The notes under the pieces: generated by a model
The model's input: only the letters and a program-made list of their open reading frames with translations
Database searches by the model: none
What the model was told of the DNA's origin: nothing
Made by a program: the position numbers and the translations under genes
Shown: positions 18,774-26,863 of the stretch, piece after piece
Layout of the letters: each line of letters starts with the position of its first letter
Position numbering within the stretch: position 1 is the first letter of the stretch
NCBI GenBank assembly: GCA_963777605.1
Contig: CAVZRV010000023.1
Coordinates: 1-33,888, forward strand
DNA: 33,888 nt
Direction of reading: 5' to 3'
Source of the DNA: an uncultured Acidobacteriota bacterium
Lineage (GTDB): Bacteria; Acidobacteriota; UBA6911; RPQK01; JAPXNP01

Positions 18774-21251
18774 ATGCAACCTTCGCGTTCGGTCTACCTG
18801 GGCACATTTTTTGTAGCCGCAGGGTTTCTCTTCATGGAGATCCTGGCTACGCGGGTCATTGGATTTGTTGTCGGAATGGAGAGCGTTTACAGCACCATTG
18901 CAGTAGCGATGCTCGGCGTTGGTTTCGCCGGATCGGTGGTCAGTTTGATGCGTCGTCGGCTCAGTCCGATCAAAGCGACGCAGTACGCAGCCTGGCTTTG
19001 CATCGGAGCGTCTCTCGGCGCTTTGCTCATCTTTGGAGCCGGGAGGCTTTGGCAGGACAGCGTCAACGCCAGCCTCGACTCAATCCTCCAGACGTCGACG
19101 CAGGAGGGCTTTATGGCTGCAGTGGTGTACAATGCCCGGTCGGGTGCCAAGGTGTTGGGCCTGCCGATGGCGGCCAGCTACTTCATGTTCGGCGCTGCGC
19201 TTGCTGTCATCTTTCGGTCCTTCCCCGGCGAGTCACTGCACCTGCTCTATGCGTCGGATCTTGCAGGAGCCTGTGCCGGTGCGCTTCTGGCAATCGGCTT
19301 GCTGGAATACTGGAATTTCGCTCTTCCTCTTGCAGTGGCCGTTTCACTGCCGCTGATTGCAGCGGCGCTGCTGTTCAGTTCGTCGAGCAGTCGCAGGGCC
19401 ATTGGAACCCTGATCATTGCCGCAGCGATATGCGGGATTCTTTCGGTTGGGATGATCAGTTCCGTCTTCGAACCCCGGCCGCATCTTCCCACCATCGGCC
19501 GGGCCTGGCCGGGAGGCCAATATGACGGGGCGAAGGTGGAAGAGTTGTGGCACACCTGGACCTCGTATGGGCGGATCGGTGTTTCCAAAGCCTCTAAACC
19601 GGGACTCAGACAAATTTCGGACGAGCGCTATTTTGTAACCCATGGAAATGGTGAAGGTCACGCGCTGATCCTGAATGCGAGGAATCCCCTCGAGGACTAT
19701 GAAATGCCTGTGGCAGTTGCTCTGGCGACTCCTCCGGCAAAAAGGGTACTGGTTCTCCTTGCGGGCGTTGGAAGAGACATGATCGTGGCTCGCAAGCTGG
19801 CCGGGAACACGATCGAGCGGCTGGAGGGAGTGGAGTTGGTGCCCCAGTCTTTTGACTGGCCGCTGGCGCACGAGTCGGAGTTTCATCTTAACGAGTTCTT
19901 TGCCGACCCGAAGGTAAGGATGAATGTGGCCGAAGCTCGTGAGTACCTGGCCAGGGATTCTGGTCGTTACGACACGATCCTCATGTCCTGGTTTGGACAC
20001 AGCCTGTCCTTCTATACTGGAATGGCAGCCGGGTCGGTCAATTACCTCTACACAGTCGAAGGCATGAAGACGATCGTTGATCATCTGACGCCCGATGGCC
20101 AATTGACCATCCTGAACGGAAACAAGCTGCGTGTGATCTCTGCGATCAGAGAAGCCTTCGGATCCGAGGCAGCAGGAGATAAGTTCGTTCTCATCGGACA
20201 GCAGCAAAGCGGCATTCCATGGAGCGCCTTCCACGACGAGCGGTGGCTTGTCTACCGCCCGGCCGGTTTTAGTGAGCAGGACATTCAGAAAATTCGAGGG
20301 GCAGTCACTTCTCCACGGTTTCTCGAGTACTTTCCAGGGATGGAACCGGTCGCTGGGAATGCGTATCAGGCGTACTTTGGATCGCCCGATCCGGCGGCAA
20401 CCCTCCAGATGATGGCCGACGAAGCCGGGATTAACATCACTCCGGCCACCGATGATTGGCCCTTCTTCGACTCGTTTCTGCCCCGTTGGGCGGTGTTTAC
20501 CCCCGAATTCTATCGGGCACCCAGAGATCGCCAGTGGCGTTACTGGAGTGATGTTGTGAAGGATACGGTACGATTTGCCGCAATCAGTGCCCTGATCATT
20601 CTCCTCCCACTGGTATTTTCGAGACAGCGGAGGTTCGTCTCCATGGAGGCACTGGGGCATTTGAGCTTCTTCGCGCTCCTTGGAGCCGGCTTTATGCTGG
20701 TGGAAATGGGACTCGTCCAGAAGTTGCGCCTCCTCGTAGGTCACCCGGGCTACACCATTGCGGTGGTGCTGGCCTCCTTGATTCTGTTCGCCGGAATCGG
20801 GAGCGCCCTGTCGGGTCGGCTGTTTGGCAGCGGCCTGCTCACGTTCCGGAGGGCAGCAGTTGTCGCCGCCCTGGCGATCGGGCTGGCGGTCATCGGAATT
20901 GAGCTGATTGTGCCGTCCGTAGTGGGATTGCCGAGAATCGCGAAGCTGGTGGTCGCATTTTTCCTCCCTGCCCTGCCCGGGTTGGCTCTGGGCCAGCTTT
21001 ATCCCCAGGGATTGACTCGAATCTCCCGTACTGCCGAAGGGCTGATCCCATGGGCAATGGCCGTAAATGCTACTACCGGGACAATCGCGGCCGCCGCCGG
21101 AGTCGTTCTCGGTTACCTTGTGGGATTCCGGGGCGTGATGTTGATTGGTGCCTTTCTTTACCTCGTTCTTGCTCTGATGCCGAACCGGTTTCGGGGTCAG
21201 GTAACGGAACCTGAACCGGCGCACTCCAGTCCGGCTACAGCTGAAGGTTAG
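18774..21251 (+). CDS. Multi-pass membrane protein with central spermidine-synthase-like (class I SAM-dependent) domain
   Basis: N-terminal TMs with MEILATR and LYASDLAGACAGAL; central VLVLLAGVGRD, GVEL, AEAREYL, YDTIL, YLYTVEG, PATDDWPFF; C-terminal TMs with LGAGFMLVE, VGHPGY, PWAMAVN. Confidence 0.75.
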   Translation: MQPSRSVYLGTFFVAAGFLFMEILATRVIGFVVGMESVYSTIAVAMLGVGFAGSVVSLMRRRLSPIKATQYAAWLCIGASLGALLIFGAGRLWQDSVNASLDSILQTSTQEGFMAAVVYNARSGAKVLGLPMAASYFMFGAALAVIFRSFPGESLHLLYASDLAGACAGALLAIGLLEYWNFALPLAVAVSLPLIAAALLFSSSSSRRAIGTLIIAAAICGILSVGMISSVFEPRPHLPTIGRAWPGGQYDGAKVEELWHTWTSYGRIGVSKASKPGLRQISDERYFVTHGNGEGHALILNARNPLEDYEMPVAVALATPPAKRVLVLLAGVGRDMIVARKLAGNTIERLEGVELVPQSFDWPLAHESEFHLNEFFADPKVRMNVAEAREYLARDSGRYDTILMSWFGHSLSFYTGMAAGSVNYLYTVEGMKTIVDHLTPDGQLTILNGNKLRVISAIREAFGSEAAGDKFVLIGQQQSGIPWSAFHDERWLVYRPAGFSEQDIQKIRGAVTSPRFLEYFPGMEPVAGNAYQAYFGSPDPAATLQMMADEAGINITPATDDWPFFDSFLPRWAVFTPEFYRAPRDRQWRYWSDVVKDTVRFAAISALIILLPLVFSRQRRFVSMEALGHLSFFALLGAGFMLVEMGLVQKLRLLVGHPGYTIAVVLASLILFAGIGSALSGRLFGSGLLTFRRAAVVAALAIGLAVIGIELIVPSVVGLPRIAKLVVAFFLPALPGLALGQLYPQGLTRISRTAEGLIPWAMAVNATTGTIAAAAGVVLGYLVGFRGVMLIGAFLYLVLALMPNRFRGQVTEPEPAHSSPATAEG

Positions 21252-21334
21252 GTGAGGTGGATGGTGATACCGAATTCCTCCTGCAGTTCAATCAGTCCGG
21301 TTAAGGAACTGTCTCCTCCGGCGATTGTGACCGG

Positions 21335-21351
21335 TGTCGGGGATTCTGACA
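21335..21351. promoter_or_regulatory. Putative PrsR enhancer box (distal)
   Basis: TGTCGGGGATTCTGACA (TGT-N11-ACA), embedded in a longer imperfect inverted repeat. Confidence 0.55.
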
Positions 21352-21503
21352 CTGGCCGATCATCGCCGGAGGATGGTCTGCGAGGCATTCACGTCCTGAA
21401 ACGGCTCGAAGGTGTGTCGGACGGTCGTTTCGACTCCGAGGATCTGCGGTGCGCAGATAATTCGTAAAAGGCGACGGGCATTTTCCGGTTTCTGTGGAAG
21501 TTG

Positions 21504-21520
21504 TGTAAGGTTTCACGACA
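21504..21520. promoter_or_regulatory. Putative PrsR enhancer box (proximal)
   Basis: TGTAAGGTTTCACGACA; its reverse complement differs by 1 nt from the 26847 copy. Confidence 0.75.
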
Positions 21521-21583
21521 AATTCCGGGTTCTCAGAAAGAGCAGAGCGGCCAAAGTGCCTGTATTGGTGGGCTTTCGAAGTT

Positions 21584-21599
21584 TGGAACGCAACGTGCT
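21584..21599 (+). promoter_or_regulatory. Sigma54 -24/-12 promoter
   Basis: TGGAACGCAACGTGCT (GG-N10-GC) between the box and the PEP-CTERM start. Confidence 0.68.
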
Positions 21600-21675
21600 T
21601 CAGTTATCAGCAGTGATTGCAAATGGCGAGTCGGCATATCAATTTCTTGAAACTCTTAACACTAAGGAGGAGAGT

Positions 21676-22389
21676 ATGAAAAACTTACGAAAGAACGGGA
21701 CGAGGGTTGCAATTATCGCAGCAGCCCTTTTCCTGGCAGTGTTCCTGGGCTCAGGCCAAATCCTGGCCGATCCTATTCACGTTACGGTGTGGACCGGGGC
21801 CCCGGATGGCATCGTTTCCAGCATCAATGCCGATTTCCCGGTGCCAACCGGAGACCCTTTGGCGACCTTTGATTATGACGGCCCAATCTCGTGGAGGAAT
21901 GACGCCGGAAACGGAGTTGGGAATAACCAGTTTAATGAGTTCTTAGATCCTACTCATATTTATAACTTTGTCGCAGGCACCGTCGCTGATTATGCTACTT
22001 TTCTGACCACGAGCATGAGCGTTATTGGCAATGAATATGCGACTTATTTCCTGATCGAGGGGGAGTACAGCATTTTGGCAGGTCAGACGGTCACGGCAAG
22101 ACATGATGACGGCATGAGCGTCTATCTGGACAGTACGGAAGATGCTGGTGGTGTCTGGACCCCCGGGACCAATCTCCTTAATAGCGCAGCTGAAACATCT
22201 GAGATTGCTGATAGTCTTACTTGGGCAGCGGGGACCCATACCTACCAAATCCTTTATGTGGAAAGTAACGGATCGCCTTCGGTACTCGAAGTGGCTCTTC
22301 CGACGGCGGTTCCGGAACCGACGACTCTGCTTCTGCTTGGGTTCGGCCTGGTGGGAACGGGCCTCGGCCTGCGTCGCAAAAAGGCCTGA
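21676..22389 (+). CDS. PEP-CTERM surface protein 1 (PA14-like domain)
   Basis: AAGGAGG RBS, signal peptide, ARHDDGMSVYLD...AAGTHTYQILYVE, C-terminal VPEPTTLLLLGFGLVGTGLGLRRKKA. Confidence 0.93.
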   Translation: MKNLRKNGTRVAIIAAALFLAVFLGSGQILADPIHVTVWTGAPDGIVSSINADFPVPTGDPLATFDYDGPISWRNDAGNGVGNNQFNEFLDPTHIYNFVAGTVADYATFLTTSMSVIGNEYATYFLIEGEYSILAGQTVTARHDDGMSVYLDSTEDAGGVWTPGTNLLNSAAETSEIADSLTWAAGTHTYQILYVESNGSPSVLEVALPTAVPEPTTLLLLGFGLVGTGLGLRRKKA

Positions 22390-22426
22390 TCTGGTCATCA
22401 GCCTTTGATGCACGATTAGTATCCTT

Positions 22427-22460
22427 AAACCCGGGGCGCCCTTGAGGCGTCCCGGGTTTT
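22427..22460 (+). terminator. Intrinsic terminator
   Basis: AAACCCGGGGCGCC-CTTGA-GGCGTCCCGGGTTTT hairpin with T tract, about 40 nt after the stop. Confidence 0.75.
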
Positions 22461-22479
22461 CCCTTCCCGCCCTGTGGGC

Positions 22480-22496
22480 TGTCGGCTAACTTTACA
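22480..22496. promoter_or_regulatory. Putative PrsR enhancer box with no associated gene
   Basis: TGTCGGCTAACTTTACA, 3 mismatches to the 31999 copy. Confidence 0.55.
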
Positions 22497-22554
22497 GTCT
22501 TCGGTTCCGCTTGTATTCCCTCACTGAGACCGCGATTCTGGAACTGTGTTTCGA

Positions 22555-23214
22555 TTACAGCCTTCCAGAGTCGTCCCGAAATCTGAGGCCCGAACGGATG
22601 CAAAGTGCATTCCTTGGCTCGGGTGCATTCTTCGCCCTGTGCCGCAGCTTCATTGACACGTTCTGAACTCCGGGTTTTTTCCGCCAGTAGCCCAGATCCG
22701 CGCTGGGCGGTTGCGGTGTATCCGGCGTCGCGCTCGCTCCACTCGCGTACTGAATGCGACTCGACCTTCGCTGGTCGAGACCACAACGTGTCCCGCCTGA
22801 CCAGGAGAATGCGGGTCGTGGGGTTATGACGTGGCGAGGTCGGCCTGCTCTATGTGGATCGACAGCGCTTTTCGATAGCACGATGTCCCCTTCGATCTGC
22901 GAACTCACCGCGACGATATGCCCATGCTGGGAACGAATGCGTGCGGCATAGAGCTCCCAGTCCTCGTCAGCGCACTTATTGACGATGCCGTCGAACGCCA
23001 GCTCCCGACGAGTTTTGTCGAGCGCATATGGCAATTCCCGCATCCTCTCGCGAGCCTTCCGCATCCGCCTCGGGTTCGGGGGAATGAACGGGGTTCCGTA
23101 GCCATTGTGGAGCCCGGTTGCGTATTCCGCTGAATCCCCGTGGAGCCAGGTCCCGTAGCAGCGGATTGTGACCAGGTACGCGATCGACTGATCCTGCCAT
23201 GAATTATTATCCAT
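22555..23214 (-). pseudogene. REP-associated tyrosine (HUH, IS200-like) transposase remnant; recognisable only over about 22890-23214
   Basis: AYLVTIRCYGTWLHGD...P.IPP...M...PY.LD..RR......I...C....W.LYA..IRSQHGHIV (H-x-H); no convincing catalytic Tyr helix afterwards; the ORF runs on through the repeat. Confidence 0.65.
22694..22754 (+). repeat. REP-like repeat copy A
   Basis: 22730-22754 is a 24/25 inverted match to 23285-23309; 22709-22746 is a 35/38 direct match to 25555-25592. Confidence 0.8.
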
Positions 23215-23284
23215 TACACCTACTAATTACGTCCGCACCCGGAAAGACTGCGAAGTGATCTCAGTAGCCGAGGCGAGGGGGCAT

Positions 23285-23313
23285 TTCAGTACGCGAGAGG
23301 AGCGAGCGCTGCT
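23285..23313 (-). repeat. REP-like repeat copy B, left part (continues at 25165-25181 after the intron)
   Basis: TTCAGTACGCGAGAGGAGCGAGCGC is the reverse complement of copy A with 1 mismatch. Confidence 0.78.
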
Positions 23314-25164
23314 GCGCGCCCACAGGCGCGCATTGTCAGGAGGGTGAAAGTCCCTCCCAGGCCAGAGCTCTCCGGGCCTGTAACCGAATGTTACTGCGCC
23401 GTCGTGAGACGGGGTGGGGGGCACAGGAGGTGAGTCACCGGTCCGTACGCGAGGAACTCGATTCGGCGATGTGTCTGGGCGAGCCTGCAGTGGAATGGCG
23501 AAGCCTGATCCGAAAGGACGGTTCTTCCTCTATATGGGTAGCTGTCAAAGAGAGAAGGGCGGGACATGGCGTGGTTGGAGACGGAACGGCGACAGAAGGC
23601 AATGCGACGCGAGCGTGGGGAGACCTGCCGACCCGGGAGAGGGTCGGACAGGAGTCCGAGTCCTCATAGTAGTGATGAAGGTCCTGTAATGGGACTGGAG
23701 CGAAGGGGGACAGGAAGGTGGAGACGAGACGACATGGGCAGCGAAGAGCAACCGACGGCAGTGTCTGAGACTAAACAAGTCGGAGAAGCCGGGTCCCGGT
23801 GGGACTGGGCGGAACGCAGCGTATGGACGGATCGGATGTTGAAGGCCCTGGAAACGGGAGTGAAAGGAGGAGCCTGGTTCAGCCTGATGGACAAGGTCTA
23901 CGGTCGACGCAACTTGGGGGCGGCCTTTGCGAAAGTGAAGGCCAACCGGGGAGCGGCGGGAGTGGACCATGTCACGGTCGAGCAGTTCGACAAGCGCCTG
24001 GACGAGGAACTGGAACGGCTGCACGACAGCCTCAAGAACGGGACCTACCGCCCGCAGGGAATCCGTCGAAGCTATATCGACAAACCGGGCAGCCGCGAGA
24101 AGCGGCCGCTGGGGATTCCGACGGTGCGGGATCGGGTAGTGCAGACGGCACTACGCAATGTATTGGAACCGATCTTTGAGGAAACGTTCGCCGTGCGAAG
24201 TTTTGGTTTTCGTCCGGGGCGCGGATGCAAGGATGCCTTACGGCAGGTGCAGCAGACGATCCAGAGCGGCCACTATTGGGTGGTCGATGCGGACATCCGC
24301 AGCTACTTTGACCGAATCTCCCACACCCGGCTTCGGGAGGAGATCCAGGGACAAGTGGCGGATGGACGCGTGCTGGAGTTGCTCGAGGCTTTCCTGAAAC
24401 AGGAGATCTTCGAGGCGCTGCGGCACTGGACGCCGGAGGAAGGCTGTCCGCAAGGGGCGGTCATCAGTCCACTACTGGCCAACGTCTATCTCAATCCACT
24501 GGACCACCGGATGGAGCAAGCCGGTTTCGTGATGATCCGGTATGCCGATGATCTGGTGATCCTATGCCGAAGCGAGCAGGAAGCCCGCCGGGCGTGGCGA
24601 CTGCTGGCGGAGTGGATGGAGGCGGTGGGGCTGGAATTGCATCCGGAGAAGACCCGAATCGTGGATCTTCACGAGGACGGGTTTGACTTCCTGGGGTACC
24701 ACTTTCAAGCAGGCAGGTCCGGACTGCCGCGGCTGGTCAAGTATCCTCGGAAGAAGAGCATGCAGAAGCTTCGCGCCAATCTGAAGCCGCTGACCAAGCG
24801 GGCGAATGGGCGGAGTCTGGACGCGATCATCCGACTTGTGAATCTGCGACTGCGGGGCTGGTTTGGCTATTACAAACACAGTAACCGCCGTACGTTTGAG
24901 CAAGTCGATATCTGGGTGCGCGGACGGCTCCGAGCCATTCTTCGCAAACGCCACGGTCTCCGCGGACGAGCGCGGGGTGCCGACTACCAACGCTGGCCCA
25001 ACGCCTATTTCCGCGAGCGCAGGCTGTTCTCCCTGACTGCAGCCTACGACTCGGCCACTCAATCCTCTTCGAGGTGAACCACCAACTGGAGAGCCCGGTC
25101 CGGGAGAACCGGACGCCGGGTTCGGAGGGAGGGGTAGCGGACCAACCGCTATCCCTACCCCTAG
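23314..25164 (+). mobile_element. Group II intron, apparently full length (IIB-like, AGC triad)
   Basis: 5' GCGCG followed by the DI stem (CCCAC/GTGGG, CGCATTG/CAATGCG), GGGTGAAAGTCCC, DII, DIII (ATAGT...GGAGCGAAG), ORF in DIV, DV GAGCCCGGTCCGGGAGAACCGGACGCCGGGTTC at 25091-25123, DVI with bulged A25157. Confidence 0.9.
23734..25077 (+). CDS. ltrA: Group II intron reverse transcriptase/maturase, no endonuclease domain
   Basis: NRGAAGVD, KRPLGIPTVRDRVVQ, SFGFRPGRG, WVVDADIRSYFD, GCPQGAVISPLLANVYL, RYADD, FDFLGY, maturase LRGWFGYY; ends without HNH. ATG 23734 is the first ATG after DIII. Confidence 0.95.
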   Translation: MGSEEQPTAVSETKQVGEAGSRWDWAERSVWTDRMLKALETGVKGGAWFSLMDKVYGRRNLGAAFAKVKANRGAAGVDHVTVEQFDKRLDEELERLHDSLKNGTYRPQGIRRSYIDKPGSREKRPLGIPTVRDRVVQTALRNVLEPIFEETFAVRSFGFRPGRGCKDALRQVQQTIQSGHYWVVDADIRSYFDRISHTRLREEIQGQVADGRVLELLEAFLKQEIFEALRHWTPEEGCPQGAVISPLLANVYLNPLDHRMEQAGFVMIRYADDLVILCRSEQEARRAWRLLAEWMEAVGLELHPEKTRIVDLHEDGFDFLGYHFQAGRSGLPRLVKYPRKKSMQKLRANLKPLTKRANGRSLDAIIRLVNLRLRGWFGYYKHSNRRTFEQVDIWVRGRLRAILRKRHGLRGRARGADYQRWPNAYFRERRLFSLTAAYDSATQSSSR

Positions 25165-25275
25165 CCAGACGTTGAGTAACCACCAGAAGCGATGCCGGAG
25201 GCCGAGCACGTTAGGGATGGGAGGCCTCTGACTGGCGCGTAGAAGTTACCGGACGTCCAGCCGCTACCCGAGATC

Positions 25276-25476
25276 AGCCCCTGAAAGGGGCTTGGTTTTC
25301 AGCCCAGGGATTTCCCTGGGAAAAGGGTTCGTGAGCAACCAGATTTTCGGCCCTGAAGGGGCCGGAAAGGCAGGCGATCTGCCGGGGCGGTGCGACCTTA
25401 CAGACCACAATTCATGGCGGGGATCTCCGTAACCCAAGGTAAAAATGTGGGCTTAAAACAGCGACGCCTTCAGCGC
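25276..25476. repeat. Compound palindromic REP-like element (second family)
   Basis: Hairpins AGCCCCTGAAAGGGGCT (25276), CCCAGGGATTTCCCTGGG (25303), GGCCCTGAAGGGGCC (25349), then decayed inverted counterparts ACCCAAGG...TGGGCT and GCCTTCAGCGC. Confidence 0.6.
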
Positions 25477-25539
25477 CGTGTCGCCTGCCGTGCTCAGTCT
25501 CTCTGCTCCCCGAGTGATCCCCGCAGCACGGGTGAGGCA

Positions 25540-25592
25540 AGATCCGAGGATGTTGGTTGCGGTGCATCCGGCGTCGCGCTCGCTTCGCTCGC
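25540..25592 (+). repeat. REP-like repeat copy C
   Basis: AGATCCG-N8-GGTTGCGGTGCATCCGGCGTCGCGCTCGCTTCGCTCGC, same spacing as copy A. Confidence 0.8.
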
Positions 25593-25770
25593 CTTGAGAC
25601 CTGCAGCACGATCGTCTTTCGTCCGAATGCCATGCGGCTAAGAATTTTGGGAATTCCCAGATTGGGTAGACCGTCTTAATTCATCGGCAGTGCTGGCGAC
25701 CGGGAAAAAAGGGGAAGTTCCGTTCCGCCGCTTCCGCATTCCAACTCGCACTGCGGGGGATCCTGTCATA

Positions 25771-25799
25771 AAGAGAAAGGGCCGCCATGTCGGCGGCCC
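25771..25799 (-). terminator. Intrinsic terminator
   Basis: GGGCCGCC/GGCGGCCC stem with TTTCTCTT tail on the minus strand, downstream of PEP-CTERM 2. Confidence 0.7.
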
Positions 25800-25837
25800 C
25801 CTCAAGCATTGTTAGAGCTTAGAGTCTAAGGAGGCTA

Positions 25838-26503
25838 CTAGGCCGCCTTCCGGCGGATCAATCCTAAGCCGAGGAGGCCAGTACCAAGCAGCAGCAGGGT
25901 CAGCGGTTCCGGAACGAGTGTCCCTGGCTCGCCGTAAACTTTGGAACTCTGCAGATTGGGATCGGTGTTGGCGATGCCCTGAATGTGGGCAAGGGCGTAG
26001 TAGAGAGTCTGACCGCCCTGCGGGGCCGACTGGAAAAGAAAGTCCTCTGGAGCGAGACCTCCCGAGTAGGTTAGGAGAAAGACGGACTGTTCCCCGTCGG
26101 TAAACCGGTCGGCAGCCGCTGTCGGGTAGTCGAAATTGATGTCGAACTTACCGGAAGCGCCAGGAGTATACCCGTCCGCACTTTTAGTAACTGAATTAAC
26201 CTCCACGCCACTATCCCAACTGATCAGCAGGGTGGCCAGGGTTTTCTGCGGATTGAAGTTGAACCACCAGTTCGTGACAAACTCAGTGCTCGCCAGATTC
26301 AAAGCGCTGAGAGTGAGCCAAACCTGGTCCGCATTCCCCCCTTGTTCGAACTTCGCTGACAACCAGGGAGGGGTTCCGCTGGGCGTTCCGCCGGTTGCAA
26401 CACCGCCGAAAGTAAATACTACAGGGTCGGCGAGAACCGGTGCTGAACAGAGGAACAAAGTCAGGAGGGCGATCGTTCCGACAAGATACGTTTTGAATTT
26501 CAT
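25838..26503 (-). CDS. PEP-CTERM surface protein 2
   Basis: GGAG RBS, signal peptide ending VLA-DP, C-terminal VPEPLTLLLLGTGLLGLGLIRRKAA. Confidence 0.93.
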   Translation of the reverse strand: MKFKTYLVGTIALLTLFLCSAPVLADPVVFTFGGVATGGTPSGTPPWLSAKFEQGGNADQVWLTLSALNLASTEFVTNWWFNFNPQKTLATLLISWDSGVEVNSVTKSADGYTPGASGKFDINFDYPTAAADRFTDGEQSVFLLTYSGGLAPEDFLFQSAPQGGQTLYYALAHIQGIANTDPNLQSSKVYGEPGTLVPEPLTLLLLGTGLLGLGLIRRKAA

Positions 26504-26607
26504 GGTTTCTATATCTCCGAGTCACAACTTCTGGGGCACTTTTTCTGACATTACTTGCAGCTTGCGCTGCTGCCTCAAGAATCATTGCGGACTTACCTCT
26601 AATATTA

Positions 26608-26623
26608 AGCAATTTCTGATCCA
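26608..26623 (-). promoter_or_regulatory. Sigma54 -24/-12 promoter
   Basis: Minus strand TGGATCAGAAATTGCT (GG-N10-GC, TTGC). Confidence 0.7.
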
Positions 26624-26775
26624 GCCGATGAATCGTGATTCCGTATTGAACTTAAATGATTGAATGGAAACCGGTTACGGATAAATAGAGACGTCGGGCT
26701 CCGATCACAGCCGAGTTTTCAAGACCGAGCCGGCGAATCTGGAAAAATCGCCAGAAGTATCCGCAACCATCGAAG

Positions 26776-26788
26776 AATCAATCATTTG
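26776..26788. promoter_or_regulatory. IHF-type site
   Basis: AATCAATCATTTG matches WATCAANNNNTTR exactly, between the enhancer box and the sigma54 site. Confidence 0.55.
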
Positions 26789-26846
26789 AGACCCAGGTAC
26801 GGAAGAGGTCCAACTCGCGACAGCCGTCCACGCGAGGGAGGACAGT

Positions 26847-26863
26847 TGTCGGGAAACCTTACA
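26847..26863. promoter_or_regulatory. Putative PrsR enhancer box
   Basis: TGTCGGGAAACCTTACA; with flanks it matches the 21504 site at 21/23 positions. Confidence 0.75.

Noticed and set aside
18587-21224. 312-aa (+) and 626-aa (-) ORFs overlapping the membrane protein gene
   Set aside because: Alternative-frame and antisense shadows without domain signatures.
21412-21675. 88-aa N-terminal extension of PEP-CTERM 1 (and the similar extension of hddA from 15248)
   Set aside because: The PEP-CTERM 1 extension runs through the enhancer and sigma54 promoter; a strong RBS and signal peptide mark ATG 21676, and family homology marks ATG 15395 for hddA.
23566-23733. N-terminal 56 aa of the 503-aa RT ORF
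   Set aside because: Overlaps structured intron domains I-III; the plausible start is ATG 23734 in domain IV.
23314-25164. Class C (terminator-targeting) intron, or a retron/DGR/CRISPR-associated RT
   Set aside because: DV has an AGC triad and near full length, there is no terminator directly upstream, and the RT has a maturase domain within a complete intron RNA; no template/variable repeat pair or cas genes are seen.
22694-25592. CRISPR array or composite-transposon ends
   Set aside because: Only three irregularly spaced copies in mixed orientation, with no spacer periodicity, cas genes, DDE transposase or target-site duplication.
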